From: Epiperipatus broadwayi
Taxonomy: Eukaryota > Animalia > Onychophora
Length of the DNA stretch: 64,000 nucleotides
NCBI GenBank assembly: GCA_028023455.1
Contig: JAQFVV010000005.1
Coordinates: forward strand, 22,382,001-22,446,000
Reading direction: 5' to 3'
Positions 12,146 to 25,391 of this stretch are shown piece after piece; within the stretch, counting starts at the first letter, position 1; the number at the start of each line of letters is the position of its first letter. The notes beneath the pieces are model-generated. The model worked only from the letters and a program-made list of their open reading frames with translations, was not told the origin of the DNA and made no database searches. Made by a program: the position numbers and the translations under genes.

Positions 12146-14563
12146 ATGTCTTTAGGACAAGGAAGCATCTTGGAGTTCGACGTCGGAAATGCGGGTGAAT
12201 GGCCGTTATATGTCACTCAACTCGAAAATTTTTTTAAATTAAATAACATTACGGAGAATAATAAAAAAGTAGCAGCTCTTTTATGCCTCGCGGGATGAAA
12301 AGTAATTGAAGTGATACATAAACTAATGAATGGGCCAACAACGGATGAAACAGAATACGAAAATATTATAAACAAGTTATCCAATTATTTTAGCCCACAA
12401 CCATCGAAGTTCATGGCTCGATTAACCTTGCGGAATAGAAGACAACAGAGAGGTGAAAACATAAGAGATTTCGATATAATTTTGAGACAATTAGTAAGAG
12501 ATTGCCAATACGGAGAGTTCGCAGAACAAGCCCTACTGGATCAGTTGTTATGGGGAATGAATGAAGACCGGCTACGGCAAAATTTGTTAATGGAACCAGA
12601 TTTGACCTACGACATAGCAATACGGAAAGGGATAGCGTACGAGCTCGTAATGGAACAAGCAATGTGTTTCAGAGGAAAGATAAATGATGAACAGTCATGG
12701 GAAATACATAAAACAGAAGGGAAAAAACAGAGCACAAATACGAAAGAATGGAATGACCGAGGAAAACAAATAAAGTGTTTCTGTTGTGGAAAACAAGGAC
12801 ACATATCGAAAAACTGCAAATGGCGTTCATATACCTGTTATAATTGTGGAAGGAAAGGACATCTAATATCAGTCTGCAGAAACCCAAAAACTCAAGATAA
12901 ACAACATACGGAATATGAAGTAAAAAAAAATGTGTGCGCACAAATCCAAAACCAATACATGATAACACTGAATATATATGGAAAAGACATAGAAATGGAA
13001 ATCGACAGTGGTTCGGCAATATCACTCTTATCAGAAGAAAAATGGAACGATATTACCAAAGGTCATAAAAGATGCATAATACAGAAAACGAATATTAGAG
13101 TCAAAGACGTCAGCGGAAACACAGTAATAATAAAAGGAAAAACACAGATTCCAATTAGGTACAAAGAAGAAATATTAAACCTACCTATTTATATAGTAAA
13201 AGGAAGCATAGCCCTGATAATAGGAAGAGAATGGTTCGAACAACTAGGAATTACGGTAACAATCATAAAAAACATGTCGTTCGAACAGGAATACATTACA
13301 GCGTATCCGGAACTTTTTTCAGAACAAGTAGGAGTTTTCAAATCAGACCCAGTAGACATAGAATTAAGTAAAAACGCCCGACCAATTGTGTGCAAACCCC
13401 GAAAGATTCCGTTTGCACAACATGAAAAAGTAAAACAAAAAATTCAGAAACTAGTAAGCAAAGGAGTTTTGACACCGGTAGAAGACGCTCAATGGGCCAC
13501 ACCGATTGTAATAGTGACAAAGCCAAATGGACAAGTTAGAATTTGTGGGGATTACCGAGTAACGGTAAACAAATTTTTATCCAAAGGGGCATATCCAGGT
13601 CCAAACGTTGGCGAGCTGTTAGCCGGTTTAGCAAATGAAAATTTTTTCTTTGCAAAGTTAGATTTAAATGCCGCCTACCATCAAATAAAGGTAACGAATA
13701 GAACAGCTCAAATGTTAACACTAACCACGCCTTTTGGTCTTTTTCAATGCAATAGGCTACCGTTCGGAGTGACAACAGCACCTAATATTTTTCAGGCAAA
13801 ACTCAGCACATTATTACATGGAATACAGGGAGTGACGCCATACTATGATGATATTCTGATCACAGCCACAACAGAAAGTGAGTTACGGAAACGATTGACT
13901 AAAGTATGTAATAAATTAAAAGATGCGGGGATCAAACTGAACAAAGAAAAATGCTTATGGAAAACGCAAGAACTAGAATTTTTAGGACACGTGATTTCTA
14001 ACAATGGGAAAAGACCAATAAAAGAGAAACCCAAGAATGTCAAACAATTGCAAGCCTTTTTAGGGCTTATTAATTTTTTTGAAAATTTTTTAAAAAGCAA
14101 AGCAATGATAGCAAATCCATTATATCAGTTGTTAAGAAAAGGACAAAAATGGGAATGGACACAAATACATGAAGAAGCGTTTGAAAAAACAAAAGAACTA
14201 CTTTCTGCAGATACACTGTTGACACATTTTGATAACGCGTTAGAAGTAAGAATTACGACGGACGCGTCTGAAATAGGTGTGGGAGCGGTTTTGGCACACC
14301 CACACCCGATTACATACGCATCACGGACATTATCGAAGGCAGAACGAAATTATAGTCAGATAGACAAAGAGGCTTTGGCAATTATTTTTGCACTAAGAAA
14401 ATATCATCAGTTTGTTTTCGGTAGACCTTTTCAAATCATCACAGATCATAAACCCCTCCTAGCGATATTAGGGAATGACCGACAGGCTCCAGAACATATA
14501 AGCCCACGCATGTTAAGATGGTGGAACATACTGGCTGCATATGACTACGTGCTGATTTATTAA
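12146..14563 (+). pseudogene. gag-protease-RT-RNase H with premature stops
   Basis: ATG 12146 (MSLGQGSILEFDV), in-frame TGA at 12296. CFCCGKQGHISKNC and CYNCGRKGHLISVC knuckles; IDSGS protease; YYDD RT; RNase H TDAS/TDHKPL. TAA at 14561 replaces K of YKPG, and the frame resumes as PGKEIAHADALSRLP. Confidence 0.93.
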
Positions 14564-14697
14564 CCAGGGAAGGAAATAGCTCATGCCGATGCTCTATCAA
14601 GATTGCCCGATATAGATGAAACAGGAAAGGAAGAATTAGAAATTAATTACATTGATGCGATGAAATCAAACAAATTAAATAGTAAAACTGTGGAAAT

Positions 14698-15795
14698 ATG
14701 GGCGATAGAGTGCTAATACCAACAGCGGGAAGAGAAGCAGTACTAAAATTACTACATGAAGGACATCCAGGAATTGTGCGTGCTAAAGCTCTAGCTCGTA
14801 GTTACGTATGGTGGCCAAAAATAAATGAAGACATCGAACACTATATAAAGAAATGCGCTTCATGCCAAACATATGCTGCAATGCCACAAAAGAACCTGAC
14901 ATCATGGCAGCCAGCAAAGAAACCATGGGAGAGAGTACACATAGATCACGCTGGACCAGTGGATGGGAAAATGTTGTTGATACTTGTAGACGCACAATCC
15001 AGATGGATAGAAGCACATAAAGTACGAGACACGACGGCGAATGAAGCAATCAAATGCCTTAAAAATATTTTTGCGATTCATGGATACCCGGAAGTATTGG
15101 TATCAGACAACGGTGCTGCATTCACTGGAACAGAAATGCAACAATTTTGTGAAGAACATGATATTCAACAAGTGTGGTCACCACCATATCATCCTCAATC
15201 AAACGGGCTAGCGGAAAATGCAGTACAACAAGTGAAACAAAATTTGAGGAAAACTGGAACAAAAAACATACAAGAAACGCTACAAATGTTCATGATGACG
15301 CAACACACAACACCATCAACAACAACGGGTAAATCACCAGCAGAAATACTATGCGGACGGAAATTGAGAACAAAATTAACTGCATTATATCCAAAGGAGA
15401 GCAATATAATACAACATGACGAAATGGATAAAGAATTTAGGAATGAAGAACCAGTCTGGTTCAGAGACATATTAAGGAAGACATGGATTCAGGGAACAAT
15501 TAAACAACGGATGTCAAACAAGATATATGAAATAAATGGTCCAAACGAAAGAATACATAGAAGACACATAAACCACATGCGAAAAAGAATGTCAGAGGAA
15601 TGGGATTGGATACCAAGCGAGGATAAGAAGTTTGACACTAAGGAGAGTGGAATTAATAGTACAGGGAAAGAGGAAGAAGAGAGACAAATTGCGATAGCAA
15701 CAAATGGTGAAGACAAACACGAACAATACAAGAATAAGTCACCCAGGCCTACAAGAAATAGAAGATTACCCGAACGATTCAAAGACTATGTGTAA
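14698..15795 (+). pseudogene. Integrase (frameshifted from pol)
   Basis: HEGHPG...CASC zinc-binding motif; HIDHAG, VSDNG, GLAENAV (DD35E). A frameshift with apparent deletion lies just before GDRVLIP. Confidence 0.93.
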
Positions 15796-15819
15796 TGGGA
15801 ATATTTCGACTTCTGAAAT

Positions 15820-15831
15820 GAGGGGAGGAAG
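15820..15831 (+). other. Polypurine tract
   Basis: GAGGGGAGGAAG immediately before the 3' LTR. Confidence 0.9.
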
Positions 15832-16244
15832 TGAAGTGTTTGATAAAAGAAAAAGAAATATTTCAGAAGTGAAATTACAACATATGTTTTGCTTTTTGGA
15901 ATGGCAGAATATAAAAATATAAAACGGATTATAGAGGACAAAGGATTACGTTTAGAGAAATTGAGAACAAGCCGGACCACAGAGAAATTAGGAGTACAAT
16001 TTGATTGGTAGAAATGCAGAAGAACAGACGAATTGAAATGGTGAGATAATTGAACCAATGAACTGATAAATCCGGAAAGGTGTGAAATTTTCAACACACA
16101 GCAAATAAAAAGACTTTTTTTATGTATATATTTCTGTAGTAATTAGTTTTAAAAGTAGAGTGTACTGTAGAAGTTTGTGTTTAAATAAAGCATTATGGTA
16201 TTATAAAAAATAACACGGAGTAAAGATTTTGTTAATACACGGCA
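15832..16244 (+). repeat. 3' LTR
   Basis: Direct repeat of 11681-12093. Confidence 0.97.
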
Positions 16245-18559
16245 ATGACTATTCCTTTTTCAGTTCAATCTCTTACCTGTTTCAGTGATAAAAAAATACC
16301 TAATTGCTTTTTCATCTATGCATTTTTTCTCATTCTCTCTTTGTTATTTCTAACATACATTTCTCCCTATTTTGCTGTGCAGTTAAAGTTTCCTTTTTTG
16401 CTTTTCTATTAAGTGTTTGAGACTCAGATCCATAAATACGTGTTGGTCTTGAACTTTTTATTTTAAAAATCTTCCTTTTGAAACACAGTTATATTACCTT
16501 TTCCATGTTTACTTGTATAATTAGTTTCATCAATTATGTTTCCATCTCGGTCCAGGATATTTGTAGTTGATTAATTCGAATTGGTCACTATTAATCTTTA
16601 TTTTCTTCTTCAAATCACTGAACATTACTTGAGTTTTTTTTTTTTAGCATTTATCTTAGTCATACTTTTTAATTTTTACTGATTGCTCTTGTAATTTTCC
16701 TTAACCACTACATCTGCAAAGTCTAGATAACTTAAGTAATGCTTCACATTTCAATCCACAAAATACTTTCAATAAAATTGCTATAAAACTTTTTAGAGAA
16801 ATGGGATCTTCCTACTTATCATTGACAATTTTAGAAGGTGCCTTTTTTTTTTGTTTTATTCTTTAACTATGATAAACTCCTTTATCTACCAATAATTGGG
16901 TTTACAGATGGATTGGCTGCAAGTTGGCACCAAAATGAAATCATAAATCCTCAAATGCATAAAATAATTCAAGTTTCAAGCCTAGATTATAGTTAAGCCA
17001 AACATATGTGTAAACTATGAGGTTCTCATCTCACATACCTATATATGCTTATATAGATTAATTCCTAACAAAATTGAAATAAATCAACCAATCACTTCAT
17101 CTTGTTGTTTTAGTATGATGTCATTAATTGTTAAGAGTTTGTTACCATGGATTGATTGACTGATTAGTTTAAACTTTATTTAAAATTTTTTTTATTATTA
17201 CTATTTCAGCAATATCCACATTTGGCTTATACAGATATACATACACATACACACACACCTATATATATATATAATATCAAAAGCTAAACTAGTTAGTAAA
17301 AATAAACAAATTATACCAAATTCACATTTTAAAAAAACTAACTAATATTTTAAAATTAAAATTTTACAACCAATGGTACCCAAACAGACCTCAAGTGCAA
17401 AGAAATATAAACATATGCTAAATAAATTTCCAGTAATTTCTAATTACATTCCAATTAATTTAAGAATTCTTGATATTAAAGGTAATTGCAATGTAATTGA
17501 GAATTACAGAAAATTTATTTAGTATATATTTATGATTTTGTTTTTTTATATTTGAGAAGTCTATTTGGCAGTGAAACCAATTCATTGTGAAATTTTAGTT
17601 TTTAAATTTTAGCTAGTTTTTTTAATTCTGAATTTGGTTTAAATTATTTATATATATATGTATATAAAAAATAGTCTTTAAACAACTCTTTTCAAAGGTA
17701 AAGGTCTCTCCAACCACTGCTCTTAGAGGCACTACTCATGAGGTTTTCCAATTTCTAGAGTAGTGATGGTTTGAAGAATAGCTAAATATTTATTTACTAA
17801 CCAATACTGGATGATTAGTTGGGCTGACTATGAGCCAGCTACCTAAAAAAAAATTCTAAGCTTTGTGAAAAAAATGTTCAAATTCATTCAGCATTAATTT
17901 GAACCTATATGCTACCATTGCTGCCATTAAATTCTTCACAATATATATATCTAAAATTTAACACATACATATATATATTGTAACACTAGTGAGAGATATG
18001 TTTTACAAAACAAACCTTAATATTTAAAAATATATGATCAAATTTATTTGAAAGAATTGTCAAAAAGTTATAATTAATTAAGGAGTGGTTTTAAAACATA
18101 GTTTTAAAAATAAAAACAAAAAGATTGCATTATATTTTCTTTGACAAGATAATAAAGCTTTGCCTTGAGAATGTGGCAGGGAAAGATTTATAAACTTTTT
18201 AAAATAAGTAAATATGCAAAGTTAGAATAAAATTTGTTTGTAAAAGAAAACTTTTGAAAATGTAATTAATTTAAAATATGGCTGATTGAATTAATTAAAA
18301 GAAAAATATGTAAACTATCTTGATAGTAGATTAATCTAAGCAAAAGATTAGATTAAAGCAAATGTAAAAATAATTAAAAAGAAAACAGACTTAAAGTAAG
18401 ATCAAAATTAAAAATAATGATAAGGAATTTGAAACGATGAGAGAGAGAAAGTATATAAAGTTGCTATGGCCTGTTATTTAGTTGGGATTGCTATTAGTGT
18501 TATTTCTATATAGTCAGGATTGCTATTAGTGTTACTGCTCAGGGCTGTAATATGTAATT

Positions 18560-18790
18560 TAGTCAGGTCTTCAATCTGTTAGATCATTCCACTCTTCAGT
18601 TTGTAAATGAGTCTGGTCTGCATTTTGTGATTGAATTATTCCGTGCTTCATTTTGTTATAGAATTAGTCTGGTCTTCGATCTGTAATTCAGTCTGGACTG
18701 CATTTTGTGATTGAATAGCTCCAGCCTTCATTTTGTGATTGACCTAGTCCGGTCTTCATTCCATTATTGATTCAGTTCGGACAGAATGCA
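18560..18790. repeat. Degenerate ~25-30 bp tandem repeats in an unclassified element (~18438-19354)
   Basis: Recurrent AGTCTGGTCTKCATTTTGTGATTGA. The block is bracketed by GATGAGAGAGAGAAA and TTTCTCTCTCTCTCATC, possibly terminal inverted repeats. Confidence 0.4.
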
Positions 18791-20679
18791 GACTCAGAAT
18801 TTTTCATTGAGAATCCAAACAACCAGAGATCCAGATATTCAGAAATTGCAAATACGGTACAAAGCCAGTCAATTACTGCTGGGTCTACATATTGCAGAAG
18901 CTACATAAGCCATAGGAGTATTCATCAGGGCTTCATGCCCCAAAGTCATCAACTATCCTGTCTGAACCAATACCTGGAACTAATGCCTAGATTGTGAAGT
19001 AAAAGCTGCTGCATACTCTCTCTCTTTCTCATTATTCGATAGAAACCTGGAAGGAGAGCCATGAAGCCATCGATGGAGAACCAAAAACCCAACCGATTGG
19101 AAAGCAAAATCAAATGGAAACCAAAACCATTGGACAATATGCACAAAATGAAAACCTCGGTAAATATACTTTTAAATAACTGTGTACACACTTGATTTTA
19201 AATGAAATGAACGGACTATTATAACTATAGGCTAAAGTCATCATTTATATTTTTTGTGTAAAATTTATTGTTATATTATGTTAAATATATATGTGCATAA
19301 TTAAATAATAATGTTTGCTTAATTGTTATTTTGTCTATTTTCTCTCTCTCTCATCAGTGTATCCCCAGTAAATTAGTGTAGAGTTATTTTAGGTGTTAAG
19401 TAAATGCACTGGACTCTGAGACAGAGTGTGAGCTAGCAATGGGATATTTCAAGTGTTGGATTGTGTGCCTGTTGTCCGAAGTATGCTGATTATACAACCT
19501 ATGGTTGACTGGTGTCTGAGGTTGATCCTCAAAACAAATAAAATGTTTTGAATGGCAGGGGTTTGATTCCAGCAGTCGAGGTGGACCATGGTCAGAAAAT
19601 GTGATCATGTTATGCTTTGTATAGCTTGATCTGGCCATGTTTATCATTGATGGCTATGCTATCAATGGTACTCTTTTCTCTGCTTGAAGGGCCGGTCCAT
19701 TCCTGTAATATCAAAAAGTTATTATAAAAAGTATTCCAACCTAGCAAGAACAAGCTTTTTATTCGGGGGACCCAGTTCAATATTGATAATCATATTAAAT
19801 ATGTATGCAATGTAAGTGTGCAAGTAACTATATATATATGTACAGCAAAAGCTATTTTTCTCAATTTCTTTAAATTTTGTATATTAATATAATATTCATT
19901 AAGGCTGTAGCCTCAATCACATGCATATAAAATGCGATAGTAGGGACCTCTACAGGTCTTAAAACCACAAGCTTACTCTTGGAAGAAAAGAGGGGAACCC
20001 CTTCTTTACTTCAACCTACTTTCTATTTAAATAGGTGAAGCTGAAGCGGTTCGATCTGAAAGTGTGAAGCTATTTAATACTTCATTAATTAAGTCCACAT
20101 TTCTTATTACACCTTAATATAAGAAATTGATGTAAATCAAATACAATCCATGATTTCTCTAATCTTTGTTTAATAATTATTTGGCAGCAGTAATTTATTT
20201 TGCATTGCTCTAAATGTGACACATCTCTGAAAGGTTAATCATTTTATGCAGAGCCAGACAGATATGTAGATTACCTTCTCACTATTGGTTTGTGGCCAGT
20301 CAACAGAAACTTCTCTAATAGTAATCATTAATTATTTATGCATATATAAATAGCTCAGGAGACAAACTGCTATCCAGTAATATGAATAATTTAAGAGAAT
20401 TTTTTTTGTTTTGTTTTATGTATATAGTAACAACAACTGTTTCAATATAATAAATAAGTTACCAGCTGATTAGACTATGCATAAAAAAATATAGATTTTA
20501 GCCATAAATGCCTAGAAATATTTTTATTACTTTAATGTAAGGCTTTTTCTGAAAGTTTGGTATGATGGCATTTTATTTGTAATTATGTATTTGATTACTT
20601 CCATTATCTCGTTTTAATTGGTAATTGTTATTAGAAAAAAATTGTTTAAATTTTTCAAATACATTTCAACTTTTTGTAT

Positions 20680-20825
20680 TAACACACACTTTCAAGTAGT
20701 AGTATTTTTCTTTCTTTTCCAGATGTTGGCCTAACCAGTGATAGCATATAAATTGAGTTGACATTGTTTAGATTCATGATTTACTGAATTTAAGGCAATG
20801 CTCTAATCAACTAATCCTTTGCCAG
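20680..20825 (-). mobile_element. Older copy of the tRNA-like head plus hammerhead module
   Basis: Aligns with 32860-33017 (GATTAGAGCATTGCCTTAAATTCA...CACTGGTTAGGCCAACATCTG). Confidence 0.5.
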
Positions 20826-20837
20826 AAAAGTCTAGAT

Positions 20838-21680
20838 CAGGAATGGCCAACTTCATGTTTGTAAGAGCCATATGTTAAAATTGAAATATATTCGAGATTG
20901 CAATTAAATTTTTGAAGTATAAATAGAAGCAAATATTTGACATAATTTTTTTATTAATATGATTTATTAATTGTACAAAAAAATCCATGAAACAAAATTA
21001 ATAATCGAGAACAAAATCAATAAAAATTATTTATTATTCACATATCCGATTATATCTGATTAGAAAGAATCTTAAAATTTGGCAAATAATTTGTTAACAA
21101 AGCACACAATAATTCTGAAAGGTGTTCAACCATACTTGATGTTTGATTTTACAAACTTAATTGTTGAGTATAATGATTCACAAAATTAATTGTCTCAAAA
21201 ATTGGCATTAGTTTATAAGCAGCTTTTTTAAAAATGAGAATACTTATTGCAATTATTCTTTATTTTTCTAAGAATAAATTAAGAATAATTACCTGAATTG
21301 CTCAGTTAAAATAATGGAAGTTAATGTTTGAAAGTCAAAGTAGAGGAACACAGTCATTGATATTTGATTTAAAATTGTACAAAGAATAACCATATGACCA
21401 GTGAAGTCCAAATGAAAACTGAACTGATAAATTCAAACAGCGCATTATATTTTCAGGAATTAATGACAATAAAACCATCAAAGTTAAAAATATAAACCAT
21501 CATTATAAAATAGCCATCACAAAAGAATAAAGCATGTATGCTTTCAAAATAAAATGTAAATACATTATGATAATATAAATTATATCATGATTTTATTTTA
21601 AAAGTTTCATTAGAGCTGCATTGGAACATCTAGAGAACTGCATGTGGCTCTGAATCACTTGTTGTCCAAGAAAGGCTTAG
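20838..21680 (-). mobile_element. hAT (Charlie-like) DNA transposon remnant
   Basis: CAGGAATGGCCAAC-type terminus with a degenerate counterpart near 21640-21670. Minus strand 21120-21215 translates CESLYSTIKFVKSNIKY, resembling the hAT C-terminal dimerisation region. Confidence 0.55.
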
Positions 21681-21920
21681 ATAGTTAGAGCATTAGTATT
21701 CATTAGATTGATTCCCATACTAGGCCAACAATACTGAAAAAGGTAGAAGAATAATACATTTCAAAATATTGAATCATATACTAACTTGCATGTTATTACT
21801 AATAGTTGAATTATATTTGAAAAGTTTAAATAAAATTTGAATTTTTCTAAAAACACTTGAAAGTTAAAGCTAGATAATGGAAATTGTCCAACATATTATT
21901 ACAAATTAATATCGAAATTA

Positions 21921-22070
21921 AAACAGGTAAAACTCTCTATACGTATTGCCACTCAGTGCACAAACCAGAGTAACCAATGGATGCTAGAAGGCTTGTGCAT
22001 AAAATTCTCATCAAGTGCCTACTCATCCAATATACCCAGTCTAGTTTCTGACTTGTGGATGTTTATTGAC
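21921..22070 (-). mobile_element. F1 single inverted arm
   Basis: Starts at the family's fixed arm start. Direct repeat TTAATATCGAAATTA at 21906-21920 and 22071-22085. Confidence 0.75.
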
Positions 22071-22245
22071 TTAATATCGAAATTATTTTATCTTAAAAAC
22101 ATTAGAAGAATGTTTGTGATGATTTTAAAATTGTATTTTTTTCAGTCTATATTGTCTTAGATTTTTTAAACACATACTTTCCTCTTGATTAACTTTTTAC
22201 TATTATTGGGTAATGAGCATAATATATTTATATTATAAAATTTAG

Positions 22246-22368
22246 CACCAGTCAAATGTAGTCCAGATGCTTGTGCAAAAGGTGCTGAATGTTCTGTAAA
22301 GAATCAGAAAGTTGTCTGTGAGTGTCCTCCAGGTACCAGCGGTGACCCATTCAATGAAGGATGTAGAG
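22246..22368 (+). CDS. EGF-like exon 3 (type A)
   Basis: tttag|...|gtaaga, 123 nt: PVKCSPDACAKGAECSVKNQKVVCECPPGTSGDPFNEGCR. Confidence 0.93.
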
Positions 22369-22794
22369 GTAAGATTTCCTGTAAATACTAAAGTAATATT
22401 AAAAATATAAGTTTATATTATTTTTAATTTGCCCTTGATTAATGTGTCTAGTCTTGGACCAGTGCACTGGGATCTTGAAAAAGTTGTATAATAGTCGTAC
22501 TTCTGTCGAGGATTTATTTTATATGACACTATGCTTTTGAACTTTTTCATCACTACCGTGCATTTTGTAAATTAAGATTTGTTAATCTAAATTAGAACCC
22601 CTGAATATTGTATTTGTTCTCAGTATAATAATGTAATAATTGTATGATTATTATGTAATCTTTGAACATTCTGATGGGGGATTGAAAGTTTAACAGTTCC
22701 ATTTAGTCAATCTGTGCCGAGTTTTTTTATTTTATTTATGTTACTCACTTATCATTTGATTACTTTTTCTTAAAGATTACTGTTAACATTCAGT

Positions 22795-22850
22795 ATAAAA
22801 CAGGCAAAACTCTCCATACAGTAGTGATCATGTGATATTTAGTGGTTTAA
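22795..22850 (+). mobile_element. F1 minimal derivative (arm start fused to tail)
   Basis: AAACAGGCAAAACTCTCCATACAGTAG joined to TGATCATGTGATATTTAGTGGTTTAA; CAGTATA on both sides. Confidence 0.7.
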
Positions 22851-22979
22851 CAGTATAGTTATTTTTTCACATTTGTTTGTTCACTCACTTTATTATCTAT
22901 TCTATTTTAATGTTACTTTTTATTTAAACTCATGTCTATTTTAAAAATAATAAAAAATTAACCATAGTTCAACTTTTAG

Positions 22980-23114
22980 GTATTAGTATGTGTGCTGCAC
23001 ACCCATGTGCTCCTGGTGCTGTATGTACAGAAAATAAGATTGACCGTATCTGCAACTGCCCTTCTGGGATGACTGGGGATCCTTACAACAAAGGCTGCAT
23101 TGTTATCCCACCTC
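22980..23114 (+). CDS. EGF-like exon 4 (type B)
   Basis: ttttag|...|gtaagc, 135 nt: ISMCAAHPCAPGAVCTENKIDRICNCPSGMTGDPYNKGCIVIPP. Confidence 0.93.
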
Positions 23115-23692
23115 GTAAGCTTAGTTTCTACATATTATAGTAGTTAAGATTGTTTATTTAAAAACTAGTTTAGTGAATGTAAAAAATTTTAAAAACAGAA
23201 AATTCTAGTTATATTAAAAAAATAGAAAGATTAATCACTTAAACGTCATGTGACTCTACCGATGTGCTTTATAAACTGCAAAGAGTTTATAATTATGAAG
23301 TTTAGGTTAAATTAATTTATAAGTATGTATATATGTAAAGTCTTTATAAAATTAGACTCCTCCTAATGTATTTTTTACAATGCTTTATTTAATATCCTAT
23401 GATAGTTTTGACTGACTAGCAATCTTTTTGAGAACTTAGAATATACTTTTCAAATTATCAAGTAATCATTTTTAAAGATTTATATAAGAATATAATAAAG
23501 TGTAAGAGGTTTTGAGCATAAAATCATTTCCAATTTAAAGATGATATGATTGGTTGTGCAAACAATGTTTCAAAACTGCAGTAAATCTTAGAACTATCCC
23601 ATAATGCAATGAATTATTAATAAAGATAAATGCTAAAAGTTTAAAGTAGTGTTAAATAGATTTTTAAAAAAAAATTAATTAATTAATGAAAA

Positions 23693-23888
23693 AAAGGCAA
23701 AACTCTCCATACAGTAGTCCCACCCTGTGCCGACCAGAGTAATCAATGGATTCCAGAAGGCTTATGCATAAAATCCCTATCTAATGCCTACTCATCCAAT
23801 ATCCCCAGACTAGTTTCTGGCTTGTGGCCTTCGTCAGTGAGGAGCTTTGGATTATGTGCTAGTATAAGAGATGGTGATCATGTGATTA
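23693..23888 (+). mobile_element. F1 element: long inverted arm fused to tail
   Basis: Direct repeat TTAATTAATGAAAA at 23679-23692 and 23889-23902. Confidence 0.8.
23802..23843 (-). ncRNA. Minimal type I hammerhead motif (F1 consensus-like copy)
   Basis: Minus strand TCCTCA-CTGACGA-AGGCCACAAGCCA-GAAA-CTAG-TC-TGGGGA: 6 bp stem I, GGC/GCC stem II, palindromic ACTAGT stem III, GUC site. Confidence 0.8.
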
Positions 23889-23940
23889 TTAATTAATGAA
23901 AATTGATAATAATGTATTCAAAAAAGTTAGTCAATATAAA

Positions 23941-24355
23941 TACCTTGGTTACATAATTAACAAAGATGGAAATCTCATGGATGAAATTAATCATAAAATT
24001 AAATATAGTTCATTGCTTTGGGAAGAAACTATTTAATGTTATATAGAAGTATGCCTAAATGTTTGAAAAAGAAGATTTTTAACAAATGTGTACTATCAAT
24101 GCTTACTTAAGGATCCGAAACACGGACATTTAATAGATCGATACAAATTTTATAAAACCATGTAGTAAAATACGAAAAATATATTTTGAGAGTTAACATG
24201 GATAAAGAAAACACAAAGCAATAATTGAATGTCATTTGTGTTAGTGTAAAAAATTGAAAGATTGAAATAGAATTAAAGTATGGACATGCTGTAGAAGGGA
24301 TAGCCAAATGAAGTCTTAACTAGATTCCAAGATAGTCTGAGAAATTTAGAAAAAG
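23941..24355 (+). mobile_element. Decayed RTE LINE fragment
   Basis: Homologous to 36385-36800 (YLGYIINKDGNLMDEINHKIK...CLKKKIFNKCVL). Confidence 0.65.
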
Positions 24356-24375
24356 ATTATGTATGAAACAAATAG

Positions 24376-24466
24376 ACAGAGCCTAAACTCTCCTTACACT
24401 AGCACTCTGTGTAAACAGCTTGTATAAGCATAAAGAATAGTGATCATGTGATGTTTAGTGGTTTAA
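24376..24466 (+). mobile_element. F1 internally deleted derivative
   Basis: GACAGAGCCTAAACTCTCC...AGCAC fused to TCTGTGTAAACAGCTTGTATAAGCATAAAGAATAGTGATCATGTGATG tail. Confidence 0.7.
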
Positions 24467-24490
24467 TAAAACATATATATGAAATAAGAG

Positions 24491-24643
24491 TATTATGTAA
24501 ATCCAATTTATCCAAATCACTTCGAACACTTTTTAGCAAAAACCTTTTATTGTACATATATACACAAACACCTACATTAATATGAAAGGTTTTTGCTAAA
24601 AAGTGTTTGAAGTGATTTGGATAAATTGGATTTATATAAGATA
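24491..24643. repeat. Inverted repeat, ~60 bp arms
   Basis: AAATCCAATTTATCCAAATCACTTCGAACACTTTTTAGCAAAAACCTTT vs its reverse complement at ~24585-24635. Confidence 0.8.
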
Positions 24644-24648
24644 TTATA

Positions 24649-25391
24649 AGTAAATAAGCAATTATTTTATCTAGCGCCATGTTTACAATTATATTACATT
24701 CAAATATCAGCCATTCAAGCTAATTGAGCATGCACTAGATAAAATAATTGCTTATTTACTCATAATTAAGTTTCAGTAAGAATGACGTTTAGTAAATTCT
24801 AAGTAATTTTACCGACATCATTCAGTCAAAAAACATCGTAAATAGTAATTTAAAGTGAGAATTCTACTCATGCTCTCCTCAACAGTACTTCAGATTTGCT
24901 CACATAAAAGAATTTGAATCATAGGAATAAGAGGATCCTTTTTATTTCTGCATAAATACTATATCTTGGATTGAAGAGGAAAATATTCATTTATTTAACA
25001 CTCTCAAAAGGCGTGTGCTCAATTAACTTGAAAGGCTGATATTTGAATGTAATATAATTGTAAACATGGCTCTAGATAAAATAATTGCTTATTTACTCAT
25101 AATTAAGTTTCAGTAAGAATGACGTTTAGTAAATTCTAAGTAATTTCACCGACGTCATTCAGTCAAAAAACATCGTAAATAGTATAATTTAAAGTGAGAA
25201 TTGTACTCACGCTCTCCTCAACAGTACTTCAGATTTGCTCATACAAAAGAATTTGAGTCGTAGAAATAAGAGGATCCTTTTTATTCCTGCATAAATACTA
25301 TATCTTGGATTGAAGAGGGGAAGTATTCATTTATTTAACACTCTCAAAAGGCACGTGATCAATTAGCTTGAAAGGCTAATATTTGAATGTA
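24649..25391. mobile_element. F6a: ~337 bp unit, inverted piece plus ~1.95 tandem copies
   Basis: Units start 24735 and 25072; 24649-24735 is the reverse complement of the unit-unit junction. Direct repeat ATAAGATATTATA at 24636-24648 and 25392-25404. Confidence 0.85.

Larger units (their letters stand above)
11681..16244 (+). mobile_element. Ty3/Gypsy LTR retrotransposon (Mag-like single gag-pol), recent but defective
   Basis: 413 bp LTRs starting TG and ending CA; 5 bp TSD ATGAC (11676-11680, 16245-16249). PBS, PPT and domain order gag(2xCCHC)-PR-RT-RH-IN. Confidence 0.97.

Noticed and set aside
11608-16097. Twin minus-strand ORFs 11608-11946 and 15786-16097
   Set aside because: They are just the antisense reading of the two LTRs.
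19390-19720. Extra exon in this GC-richer patch
   Set aside because: No open phase 1 frame with EGF cysteine spacing between plausible splice sites.
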